A stretch of DNA of 64,000 nucleotides from Pristiophorus japonicus (GCF_044704955.1 NC_091987.1:95480001-95544000), one strand, 5' to 3'. Positions 13,759-59,600 are shown, counted from the stretch's first letter. The notes: a model not told the origin generated them from the sequence alone. Numbers and translations are program-made.

Positions 13759-14009
13759 GGAGTTTTTTCAGTTTGTTCACTTGTTCTTGTTCCTGTTTTG
13801 TTAGTTTTGTTTGTTGTTATTGGTTAATTGTTAAGATTTTGTATTTTGTATTTGAGGGAAAGGTGGGTTGGTATAGGGGGCGGGGGGTTGGAGGGATAGT
13901 TTTTCAATATTTATTTGCGTTTTTGTTAATAACATTTTTTAAAATTTAATTCAATAAATTGTGTGTCTTCTCTCGTTAGTTATCAACTATACAGATATTA
14001 TTCCATATC

Positions 14010-14290
14010 TGAGCATTCTATTAATATACGAGTACTTTAGTAACACCTTCTAATAAATTCTATTATATAAAATATATTAACTAAAAACCTATATGAAACC
14101 TATTCACTAAAAACAATGTAATACCTATATGAAAAATTACAGCTCTCATCCTCATTAAATTCTATTATATAAAACCTAATTATATAAAACCAAACGTAAT
14201 GATAACTATATGAAAACTTACAGCTCTCAGTAAATTATACTATATAAAATCTATTTCATAAAAATAACGTTATACCTATTTATATTCCCT
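14010..14290. repeat. Degenerate AT-rich tandem repeat (about 75-100 bp units) inside the Harbinger-like element
   Basis: Recurring attctattatataaaa...ctatatgaaaa..tacagctctca blocks. Confidence 0.6.
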
Positions 14291-15394
14291 GTCTCAATAT
14301 TCTGAGTACAACTAGCTCTCTAATTAAATCACAACTAATCCTCTACCCTTCCATTGAAGTTAAAATGGCGTCCGTAGTGCCCATTTTCCTTCTCTTTGGT
14401 CCAGAAAAAGCAACTATTTCGGGCCTTACATCGGCACAGCGAAGTGCATGCTAGGTGCTGAAACTTGGGATGGGCCTTATGTGGCTATAATTTCGGTGAT
14501 CTTCTCGGCGATCAAAGTAGAAACTTAGGCACCTGTTTTTCGGGTGATATTTTGGGCCTAGTTTCCACTTTTTGCTCAAAATGGGCGATAGAGGTCCGTT
14601 TTGAGCCATATATGGGCCATAACTGGGCAATGTGAAGTGAAAAATCTAGCCCCTTGTTTTTTGGGGAAATTGTCGATGGTTCCGCCGTCACTGATACCAA
14701 CTCCAATTATGTCCTTCCCCCTCTTCTCCAAAATTCCCACTCTTTCCAGATTCCCAAACAAAACACTCCGTTTAAGTGCACTCAGTTTAATCCTGCTCTG
14801 TGCGGACGTGCCAACTTACATTTATTAATTGGAGTCCAGTGGGCATCTCATCTGTCACCAAGACCGGCAGAGTTAAAATCAGGAATGGACGAAGAAACGC
14901 AGCCATTCCATTTTAATTTTCCACTGCACTGGTCCTGCTGAGCAGGGTTAAAATCATTGATTGTGTGGAACACTCTGATACACAATACTGTCTCCTGAAA
15001 TTCTCATTCATGGTGTCACTACAAGGAGAAAGATTTATATAGTATCTTTCATAACCTCAGGATGTCCCAAAGCAATTTATGGCCAATGAAGTACTTTTGA
15101 AGTATAATCACTGTTGTAATACAGGAAACAAGAGTGGACAAAAAATGTCTACAACAGGTGATAGGTAAAATAAGTGTGCAATGTTATGCATTTTAGGATA
15201 ATTCTATAGAATCATCTTGGCCTTTTATTACAATCTGTGGTAATTTAAGCACCTTGGGACATTTTTATTACATTAAAGGCACTATATAAATATAAGTTGT
15301 TGTTGTAATAGGTGGAAGATTATGCTGGCTTTGATGCCTTCTTTTCAAAATAGTGTCATCTCGCAAGTTAATGAAAACGAACACACAAGACTTC

Positions 15395-16795
15395 TGTGTT
15401 AGCTGCAGCTCAGTGGGTAGGACCCTTGTCTCTGAGTCAGAAAGTTGTGGGTTTAAGTCCCACCCCAGAGACTTTAGCACACAAATCTAGGCTGACACTC
15501 CAGTGCAGTGCTGAGGGAGTGCTGCACTGTTGGATGAGACGTGAAATAGAGGACATGTCTGCCTTCTCAGGTGAATGCAAAAGAAGCCATGGCACTACTT
15601 CGAAGAAGAGCAGGAGAGTTATCCCTGGCGTCCTGGCCAATATTTATTCCCCCATCAACATCACAAAACAGATTATCTGATCATTATCACATTGCTGTTT
15701 GTGGGAGATTGCTGTGCACAAATTAGCCCCCACGTTTCTTACATTACATAAGAAATAGGAGCGGGACATTTGGCCCCTCGAGCCTGCTCCACCATTTAAT
15801 AAGATCATGGCTGATCTGATCTTGGGCTCAGCTCCACTTCCCCGCCCGCAACCCATAACTTTTCACTCCCTTATCATTCAAAAATCTGTTTATCGCCACC
15901 TTAAATATATTCAATGACCCAGCCTCCAGATTTACGACCCTCTGCAAGAAATTCCTCATCTCAGTTCTAAATGAGACCCCTTATTCTTAAACTATGCCCC
16001 ACGAGTGGAAACATCCCCTTTGCATCTACCTTGTCGAGCCCCCTCAGTCTCTTATGTTTCAATAAGAACACCTCTCATTCTTCTAAACTCCAATAGTATA
16101 AGACCGAACCTGCTCAACCTTTCTTCATAAGTCAACCCCTTCATCTCCCGAATCAACCGAGTGAACCCGTTTCCCAGATTTTTTCCCCCTAAATTGGCCT
16201 GAGTTTTTTAATCTGGTTTTTGCCTCGCCCAGATCATCACATGGCTCCGGTTGGGGTGAAGTGTAGAATGTTTCAGTATAAGGGGCGTTACAGTTGTGTG
16301 AGGTGGACTGGGTGCTCTGTGCCTTTCCGTCATTGTTCAGAGGTTTATATGTAACCTTTAGGGCTGCTGGCCAGGGGCCGTGCGGCTCTTTGTCGGCTGG
16401 CACGGACACGATGGGCCGAAATGGCCTCCTTCTGCGCTGTAAATTTATATGTTTCTCTGAACTGCCTCCAATGCAAGTAAAGGCCCTCCTTAAATAAGAT
16501 CAAAACTGTGTGCAATACTCTAGGTGTGGTCTCACCAATACCCTGTAGCAGGATTTCTCTGCTTTTATACTCTATCCCCCTTGCAATAAAGGCCAACATT
16601 CCATTTGCCTTCCTGATTACTTGTTCTCCCTGTACACTAACTTTTTGTGTTTCATGCACAAGAACCCCCAGGTCCCTCTGTACTGCAGCATTTTGTAAGT
16701 CCAGTAACTACACTTTAAAAGTACTTCATTGGCTGTACAGCATTTTGGGAAGTCTGGTGGTCATGAAAGGCACTATATAAATGCAAGTCTTTTTT
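15395..16795 (+). mobile_element. SacSINE1/DeuSINE-like tRNA SINE split by a CR1 insertion
   Basis: tRNA-like head (gctcagtgggtag...gggtttaagtccc), Deu-like core (ccatggcactacttcgaagaagagcagg...cctggccaatattta); tail resumes ~16700 and ends tataaatgcaagtcttt. Confidence 0.75.
15748..16700 (-). mobile_element. CR1 3' fragment, itself interrupted by a plus-strand LINE 3' end (~16168-16456)
   Basis: Minus ORF QVIRKANGMLAFIARGIEYKS; insert ends atgggccgaaatggcctccttctgcgctgtaaa..tatgtttct. Confidence 0.8.
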
Positions 16796-17091
16796 TTCTT
16801 TCTCCCATTTACATGAATGTCAAAGTAATTTCATTGGCCACTCCAAATCGACTACAATTAGCATATCTTGCTAAAATCCAAATTTTCTATAATAATCAGA
16901 ACTAACAGAAAAACAAAATATATAACCAAAGCATAAGGAACCAAAACAAAATGCCCTAGACAGAACAAGCAATGATTTTGGACTAGTTATTTAAGCCTTG
17001 AATCTGACCAAGAGAGGTATAAAAGGGCATTAGTTGTATAAAATAATTTGCAGGGCTCATGAAATCAAGAAAGATACACACAATGACTTCG

Positions 17092-17563
17092 TTTATTACA
17101 TTCAGTGTGTAACATACAGTTTGATATCAAAGTATCAAAAAAGTTATTTGGCCTTTAACATCACAGAAACAATTAACAATTTAATGCATGTACCATTCAA
17201 AAAAATCCCAACATTTGAATCAGATCCAAAAAGTCATAGAAATAAAAATAGTTGCATGAAAAAAAAGATTCTCAAACAATGACACTGTCAATTGTGTAGC
17301 GTGATATTTTTCCGCAGAAACTTTGTGATGTCACCGATTCTAAAGTATAAAAACTTTCAATCTCTATCATATACTGAAAAGAAATAACATTTTCCATTTT
17401 CTTCTTTGTGGTTTTTCAAAATTTTTATAAATACAAACTTTAGTTCCGACTTTGGTGGAAGAAGACTAATATTATATCTCACCAATTATAAAAGGGAAAC
17501 ATACTTTGAGAAACACATCAGCATATTAATAGTAGTCACAATTCCATTGATCTCCCATTTATT
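17092..17563 (-). terminator. Candidate CPOX polyadenylation signals (AATAAA at 17558-17563 and 17092-17097)
   Basis: tttatt on plus in AT-rich sequence 0.5-1 kb past the stop codon, with GT-rich sequence downstream on minus. Confidence 0.45.
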
Positions 17564-18081
17564 GCTGTTTTAAAAAACAGTTCACAAACTTTAAAACAAT
17601 TGGCACAACACTTACAATATGTAAAACAATTTTTGCAAGGGTGGCACACTTGATTCTTACGTCATTCTATATTAAGGCAAAACTTATACTGTGCTCAAAG
17701 GCTGACTTTGAGATATGGCTCTTCTTTCCGAACCCTCTCAATGAAAACAGCAAAAAGTCTGTTTGCTCTCATGTCAAAGGACCAGCCTTTAGAAACTGTT
17801 TCTGTCCATCTCCGATCACCTCAGATGGCAGTTGAAAGATAGAGTTACAAAAAGGTAAGACCTATGATGCAGAGTTCATTTGAATACACTGTTTAAAAGA
17901 ATTCCAATTCTGCTGAAAATACTTCCAACACATTTTCTTCACATGAATGAGATATTTATAATCACTGTGTTAAGCTGAATATTACACATATTATCGTAAT
18001 TTTATGAAACAGTTCAACAAAAGAAAATTAAAAAGCTTTTCTGCTTTCAGGTTTAACATGGGGCAGTCTTGTTTATCTGCA

Positions 18082-51544
<33,463 letters not shown>

Positions 51545-51731
51545 GACCAGCCACAGTCTGGCTCTCGCCCACACAACGTTCGAATCCGGGACAATGGCAA
51601 GTTCAGCTCTGCTTTGCGCTGGTGGCCTGACACGACCCCGCCGTCTTCTCAATAATAACACTGCCAACCCGCAATTCCTATTGCACCTGAGATTCCAGAA
51701 CAAGAGCCGAGAGCGCATGGGCAACCGCGCT

Positions 51732-51775
51732 GGGGGCGGGCGGGGGGTGTCTTCTGGGATTTGTAGTTGGATTGG
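51732..51775 (-). promoter_or_regulatory. CPOX proximal promoter: GC/CACCC boxes, ZNF143/THAP11-type motif, CCAAT box
   Basis: gggggcgggcggggggtgt 51732-51750; minus-strand ACTACAAATCCCAGAAGAC 51749-51767; CCAAT at 51771-51775; no TATA seen. Confidence 0.7.
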
Positions 51776-51824
51776 CCAGGGGGACGGGCCGCGAGAGAAA
51801 AAGCAAGCACCAAAGCAAAGACCC

Positions 51825-52075
51825 TAAGGGTCATCGACCCAAAACGTTAACTCTTGCTTCCTTTCCACTGATGCTGCCTGACCTACTAAGATTTCCAGCA
51901 TTTTCTCTTTTTTATTATAGAAAATGCAAGCACTTGCTTTTGCCACTTCATGACGAAGGGTCATGGAGACCCGAAACGTTAACTCTGGTTTCTCTCTGGT
52001 ACCTTACCCGCTGAGTGTTTCCAGCAGTTTTTTGTTTCTATTTCAGATTCCATCGTCCGCAGTGTTTTGCTTTTG
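51825..52075 (+). repeat. Two tandem Penelope pLTR-like repeats with minimal hammerhead-like cores
   Basis: agggtc-N-gaccc(a/g)aaacgttaactc...tttccagca repeated; second copy preceded by tgacga. Confidence 0.6.
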
Positions 52076-52179
52076 TACTTGCATTCCCTCATCGCCTTTC
52101 ATGACCTTAGCATGTCCTTAAAGTACTTTTGAAGTGTAGTCACTATTGCAATACAGTGAAAAAGGAGGCAGCCAGTTAG

Positions 52180-52420
52180 GATCATAGAAGGACGCCATTT
52201 CACCTGTTGAGCCCCTATCGGCTCTCTGCTGGAGCATTTCATCTAGTACCATGCCCCCGCCCTTTCCTCATAGCCCTGCAATTTTTTTTCCTTCAGACAC
52301 TTATCCAATTCCCTTTTGAAAGCTGTGATTGAGTCTGCCTCCACCATCCTTTCAGGCAGTGCATTCCAGATCCTAACCACTCTCTGCGTACAAATGTTTT
52401 TCCTCATGTTGTCTTTGCAA
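52180..52420 (-). mobile_element. CR1 3' end fragment
   Basis: RKNICTQRVVRIWNALPE..AFKRELDK. Confidence 0.75.
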
Positions 52421-55400
52421 TAGCAATGAGATAAATCTGTTTTTAATTCATTCTTGGTGTTGTGTTGGCAATAACTGTTAGACTGAGTACTGTTTAACTC
52501 CAAGAGGTATGACCTTGGCTCTGCTTTATTAAGGCCCAAAGTGACTAATATACAAAATGGCTGGCCTTTTATACTTGGGCTGCACACATATGCATGCAGC
52601 CCAATGGCCTCCAACAGTGACGCCATCTAGTGGCTAGTGATCCCAAAAGTACATACATGACAATACCCCCCTCTGAGATATTAACACAGTCTTTTACAAA
52701 CTAAGATGATCTGGTGTTCTATGCTCCCGGGTTGACTGTCTCAGTTCAACTCCAGCCTTGGGTGAGTGTTCAGAGTCTGTTGTGACTGCTGGCTGGGTGG
52801 CTGACCTGGTGGGAGTGGCAATAGCCATGTCGGGTATTGAAAGTCCATTTTCATTGAACATGTCAGTGATTGAAAGTCCCGATTCACTGATGACCACTCA
52901 GTCCTCTGATGACTTGGGGTAGGTTGGTTGGTCATTGATTGTCTCTTCCTCCGACTGTTCCAGTTTGTCTGTGTGCCGCAGCTTTGTCTGATCCATATGT
53001 TTCCTGCATGCTTGCCCATTTTTGAGCTTGACAATAAATACTCTGTTGCCCTCCTTGGCCATGACAGTACCAGCGATCCACTTGGGACCCTGACCATAAT
53101 TAAGAACATATATAGGATCATTTACAGAAATATCGCGTGACACAGCTGCGCGATCGTGGTACCCTTGCTGACTTTGTCTTCTATACTTAACATGATTATT
53201 CAAGTCAGGATGTACAAGAGATAGCTTGGTCTTAAGACCTCTTCATCATTAGTTCAGCAGGCGAGACCCTGGTAAGCGTGTGTGGTCTTGTCCTGTAACT
53301 AAGCAGTGTGCATGACAGGCGGGTCTGCAGTGACCCTTGGGTTACTCGCTTCATACTCTGCTTTATGATTTGGACAGCACATTCTGCTTGCCCATTGGAT
53401 GCAGGTTTGAACGGTGCTGACCTTACATGTTTGATACCATTGAGTTTCATGAACTCTCGAAACTCCTGACTGGTGAAGCACGATCCATTGTCGCTAACAA
53501 CAATGTCAGACAGACCATGTGTTGTGAACATGACACTGAGATTCTCAATGGTAGCTGTGGATGTGCTGGATGACATGATTATTATACACTCTATCCACTT
53601 CGAATATGCATCCACCACAACTAAAAACATCTTCCTCAGGAAGGGACCTGCAAAGTCTATGTGGATCCTGGACGATGGTTTGGACGGCCATGACCACAGA
53701 CTCAGTGGCGATTCCGCTGGTGTTTTGCTGAGCTACATGCAAGTGTTGCACTGATGCATGCATGATTCCAGGTCAGAGTCAATTCCCGGCCACCATACAT
53801 GAGACCTGGCGAAGGCTTTCATCATTACAATGCCGGGATGTGTGCTATGTAGCTCACAAACAATTTTCTCTCTCCCTTTCTTGGGCATAACAACACAATT
53901 GCCCCACAGTATGCAATCCGACTGAATAGACAGTTCATCTTTGCGACGAATGTAAGGTTTGGTCTCCTCGCACATTTGCTTAGGTATGGCAGACCAATCA
54001 CCTTTGAGGATGCAACTCTTCACCACTGATAAAATCGGGTTCCCGGCTGGTCCAGGTCTTAACTTGTTGAACTGTGACAGGGGTTCTTTCACTCTCAAAA
54101 GCATCCATAACTAACAATTAGTCCATCGGTTTTGGAGTTTCCACCTCCAGTGTGGGCAACAGCAGACGGCTCAAAGCATCGGCACAATTCTCGGTGCCAG
54201 GTCTATGGTGAATGATATTATCATAAGCGGATAATGTCAGCGGCCACCTCTGGATGCGGGTGAAGCATTGGTATTGATACCTTTGTTGTCAGAGAACAGT
54301 GAAATGAGAGACTTGTGATCTGTCTCCAGTTCAAACTGAAGACCAAACAGGTACTGATGCATCTTTTTAACCCCATACACACAGTCTAGTGCTTCTTTCT
54401 CTACCATGCTGTAGGCTCTTTCCGCTTTAGACAAACTTTTTGAAGCATATACGACTGGTTGAAGTTTACCTGACTCTTTAGCTTGTTGAAGTACGCAACC
54501 AATTCCATATGACGAAGCATCACAGGTCAATACTAAACGTTTACATGGGTCATAATGTACCAGCAGCTTGTTAGAGCAAAGCAGATTAGTGGCTTTCTCA
54601 AAAGCTCTGTCTTGAGACGCATCCCACACCCAGTTGTCACCTTTTCTTAGCAGCATGTGCAGTGGTTCTAATAAGGTGCTCAATTTAGGTAGGAAGTTAC
54701 CAAAGTAGTTGAGTAGACCCAGGAACGAAGGTTGCTCTGTCACATTCTGTGGCTTGGGTGCATTCTTGATGGCCTTGGTTTTCACGTCCGTGGGCCTGAT
54801 GCCGTCAGCAGCAATTTTCCTCCCTAGGAATTCGACCTCTGGTGCTGTGAAGATGCACTTAGAGCATTTCAGTCTGAGTCCCACTTTGTCCAGACAATGT
54901 AGAGCCTCTTCCAGGTTGTTCAGATGTTCATCGGAGTCGCGACCTGTGATCAGGATGTCATCTTGGAACACGACGGTTCTGGGAACGAACTTCAGTAGAC
55001 TCTCCATATTCCTCTGAAATATTGCTGCAGCTGAGCGAATTCCAAAACTGTGATAAATAAACAGTCCTTTATGCGTGTTAATGCACGTAAATCTCTTCGA
55101 CATCTCGACCAGCTCCTGTGTCATGTAGGCCGACGTCCAGTCCAGTCTGGTGAACGACTTCCCTCCGGCTAGTGTTGCAAACAAGTCATTCAGCTTTCAG
55201 TAATGGGTACTGATCCTGTTTTGAACCCTGTTGAACATATCCTTGTAGTCTTCACAGATTCTGACTGTGCCATCGCTTTTCAGCACAGGAGCAAGGGGGC
55301 TGGCCCATTCATTAAATTCAACCGATGATATGATCCCTTCATGCTGGAGTCGGTCCATTTCAATTTTGACCTTCTCCCTCATCATATACAGAACTGGCCG

Positions 55401-56630
55401 AGCTTTATGATGGATGGGTCTTGCATCCGAGTCCACGTGGATCTGCACCTTGGCTCCCGTGAAGTTGCTGATGCCTGGTTCGAACAGCGAGGGGAACTTG
55501 CTCAGTACTTGGGCACATATATCTTTCTCCGAGGACAACGCCGTGATGTCGTTCCAATCACAGCTGATTTTTTTAAGTCAGTTCCTGCCGAACAGCGTTG
55601 AGCCATTGCCTGGAACAATCCATAGCGGTAACTCGTGAACCGCACCGTCATACAACACTTTAATTGTGGCACTGCCAATCACCGTTATGAGTTCTTTGGT
55701 GTACGTGCGCAACTTGGCATTGACTGGACTCAGCCTGGGCCTCACAGCCTTAGTATCCCACAGCTTGTTGAATGCCCTCTGTCTTATTATCGATTGACTC
55801 GCCCCCGTGTCCAGTTCCATCGATAACGGCACCCCATTAAATTTCACGTTGATCATTATCGGTTTGCACTTAGTTAGGAATGAGTACAGTCCATACACTT
55901 CCTCCTCTGGTATCTCGGATTGCATATCCGGATCCGCGCTAGTCTGACCATCATCCTCCACGTGGTGTGTCGCAGCACGCTTGCTCATCTGTGGACACTT
56001 GCGCTGGAGATGCTCCACTCTCAGACAGCCTTTGCAACTATATTGCTTAAATCGCCACTGCTGGTGCCAGTGATTTCCCTCACAACGCCAACACGGAAAA
56101 ATCGGAAGCATTTCCGATGGCGGACTTTGGGTAGCCACAAGTTTTGTGTACGCAGTCGGGTAGGCCCTGCCGTGTGCCGCTCTGCCGAACGCCGAATCAA
56201 TCATATTTACAGTACTTGCTGAATTTCGATTTTTCACTGATATCTGCTTTAGACTTCTATTCGTTGTCATGCATGACTGAGCGATCGTGCTGGACCTGTT
56301 CAAGTCCAATGTCTCCACCGCCAGTAGTTTACGCAGGATCACCTTGTGGTTGATGCCGATTACAAAGAAGTCCCGCAGCATGTCTGCCAACACAGCCCCG
56401 AACTTACACGGTCTCGCTAGATGTCTCAGGTCAGCAACAAATTCTGCCGCATTCTGGTCCTCTGAGCGAACATGCGTGTAAAATCTGTATTTCGAGATTA
56501 TGATGTCTTCGTCTGGGTTATGGTGGTCCTGTACCAGTGTACACAATTCTTCATACGTCTTCTCCGTTGGACACACAGGCAGGAGTAAATTCTTTATCAG
56601 CCCATAAAATTTTGGACCGCAAACCGTGAG

Positions 56631-59600
56631 TGTTATGTATGTAAACCTGTAATTACCATGTCTAACCACCAGAGGGCTTCTCCCCTGGAGTCCCAAGGGA
56701 TCCCACAATCCCTTGGGAGCACCTGTATATAAGGAGGCCTCACAGGCTGGAAAGGCACTCTGAGATCTGCAATAAAGGACTACAGTCACACTTACTTTGA
56801 GCTTGCAGTATCTAGTCTGACTCTTTATCTAAGACATAACAACTGGTGATGAGATACAGATAACGAACCCCAACGTAAAAATGCAGAGCACTGTGGGCAT
56901 CCTGGAGAAATTTTCAGAGGGAGATGATTGGGAAACCTTCATGGAGCAACTTGACCAATACTTCATGGCCAATGAGCTGGAAGGAGAAGCGAATTCTGCC
57001 AAACGAAGGGTGATCCTTCTCACCATTTGCGGGGCGATCCTTCTCATCATTTATATGGCCTCAGGAAAAACCTGCTCGCTCCAGCAAAACCCCAGACAAG
57101 TCATACGATGAGTTGTGCACACTGGTCCGAGAGCATCTAAACCCGAAGGAAAGTGTTCTGATGGCGAGGTATTGGTTCTACACCTACAAGAGATCTGAAG
57201 ACCAGGAAGTGGCGAGCTACGTCGCCAAGCTAAAGTGCCTTACAGAACATTGTGAATTTGAAGGACACTTGGGGCATATGCTCAGGGACTTCTTTGTACT
57301 TGGCATTGGCCATGAAGTAATACTTCGCAAACTTTTGACTGTAGAGACACCAACCTTGAGTAAAGCCATAGTGATAGCCCAGACGTTTATCTCCACCAGT
57401 GACAATACCAAAAAAATTACACAGCACCCTAGTGCTGCTGCAAGTACTGTGAACAAAGTAACGTTGTTTTCGAATCGAAATGTACATGGAAGGACTTACA
57501 TGCCTGTAGCTGCACGTTCGCAGATCGGAGTCCGCCATCAAGGGTGGTGTGAATACAAGGCAATTAACACCTTGTTGGCGCTGCGGGGGTGATCATCGAT
57601 TCCATTCATGCCGCTTCAAAGGATACGTTTGCAAGGGTTGTGGAACAATGGGACACCTCTAATGTATGTGCAGGCAAGTTGCAAACCCTGCTAATCCTGC
57701 AAACCACCATGTTGCAAAAGAGGACAGATCCATGGTGGATCATGACGAACCAGAGCCTCAGACCAAGGAGGCAGAGGTATATGGGGTGCACACATTTACC
57801 ACAAAGTGTCCCCCGATAATGCTGAAGGTTGAATTAAATGGACTCCCGGTGTCCATGGAGCTGGACACGGATGCAAGCCAGTCTATAATGAATAAAAAGA
57901 TTTTCAATAAGTTGTGGTGCAACAAGGCTTCAAGGCAAGTCCTGACTCCCATTCATACCAAACTTAGAATGTACACAAAGGAACTGATTCCCATAAAGGT
58001 CTCCTACGATGGAGCGGTGCACGATTTATCACTCTGGGTGGTACCGGGCAATGGCCCCACGCTGTTCGGCAGGAGCTGGCTGGGAAAGATACGCTGGAAC
58101 TGGGACGACGTCCGAGCGCTTTCGTCCGTCGACGACACCTCATGTGCCCAGGTCCTAAGCAAGTTCCCCTCCCTGTTTGAACCAGGCATCGGGAAGTTCC
58201 AAGGAGCAAAAGTGCAGATCCATTTGATTCTGGGGTGCGACCCATTCATCACAAGGTGAGAGCGGTACCTTACATGATGAGGGTGGAGATCGAGCTGGAC
58301 AGGCTACAATGAGAGGGCATCATTTCGCCAATCGAATTCAATGAGTGGGCCAGTCAGATTGTTCCAGTCCTCAAGGGAGACTGCACCATCAGAATCTGTG
58401 GTGATTACAAAGTAACTATCAATCGTTTCTTGCTGCAGGATCAATACCCGCTACCAAAGGCAGATGACCTATTTGCGACGCTGGTGGGAGGGAAAACGTT
58501 CACGAAGCTAGACTTGACTTCAGCCTACATGACGCAGGAGCTGGAGGAATCTTCACAAGGCTTCACCTGCATCAACACGCACAAAGGTCTTTTCGTTTAC
58601 AACAGATACCCATATGGGATTCGATCGGCTGCGATGATATTCCAGAGGAACATGGAAAGCTTGCTGAAGTTGGTCCCGCAAACAGTGGTCTTCCAGGACG
58701 ACATCTTGGTTACAGATCGGGACACCGTCGAGCACCTGCAGAACCTGGAGGAGGTTCTTAGTCGGCTTAATCGTGTGGGGCTCAGGCTAAAATGCTCAAA
58801 GTGCGTTTTCCTGGCACCTGAAGTGGAGTTCCTGGGGAGAAGAATCATGGCGGATGGCATCAGGCCTACCAATTCGAAGACGAAGGCAATCAAGAATGCA
58901 CCGAGACCACAGAACGTGACGGAGCTGCGGTCCTTTCTAGGACTCCTGAACTATTTTGGTAACTTCTTACCGGGTCTTAGCACATTGTTAGAACCCCTGA
59001 ACTCTTTACTGTGTAAGGGAGATGAATGGGTATAGGGTAAAAGCCAAGAAAATGCCTTTGAGAAAGCTAGGAAGCTGTTATGTTCAAACAAATTGCTTGT
59101 GTTGTACGATCCATGTAAACGTTTGGTACTAGCATGTGATGCATCGTCGTACGGGGCCGGGTGTGTATTGCATCAAGCTAATGAATTTGGGAAATTGCAA
59201 CCGGTTGCTTATGCATCCAGAAGTCTGTCCAAGGCCGAGAGGGCCTACAGTATGATCGAAAAAGTAGCTTTAGCGTGTGTTTACAGGGTAAAGAAAATGC
59301 ATCAATATCTGTTCGGGCTCAAATTTGAATTGGAAACCGACCATAAGCCTCTTATATCCCTCTTTTCTGAAAATAAGGGGATAAATATGAATGCATCGGC
59401 CCTCATCCAGAGATGGGCGCTCATGTTGTCCGCATACAACTACGCCATCCGCCACAGGCCAGGCACAGAAAACTGTCTCTCAGTAGGCTACCATTGCCCA
59501 CCACCGGGGTGGAGATGGCACAGCCAGCAGATTTAGTTATGGTAATGGAAGCATCGAGAGTGAGCAATCATCTGTTACCGCCCGACAGATTAGAACCTGG

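Larger units (their letters stand above)
10393..14652 (+). mobile_element. Non-autonomous PIF/Harbinger-like DNA transposon carrying a Myb/SANT gene
   Basis: TIRs gggctagactttccact (left) and agtgaaaaatctagccc (right); 3-bp TSD CTT at 10390-10392 and 14653-14655; internal spliced Myb/SANT-like gene; no transposase seen. Confidence 0.8.

Noticed and set aside
15395-15480. tRNA gene (also ~22131, ~42125 and ~47460-47530)
   Set aside because: tRNA-derived SINE heads continuing into SINE body; no complete cloverleaf
55578-56789. 403-aa ORF as an intact or domesticated gag-protease gene
   Set aside because: Its N-terminus is read-through from the antisense inner LTR; the true gag start lies at ~61339 across the insertion, and pol is frameshifted
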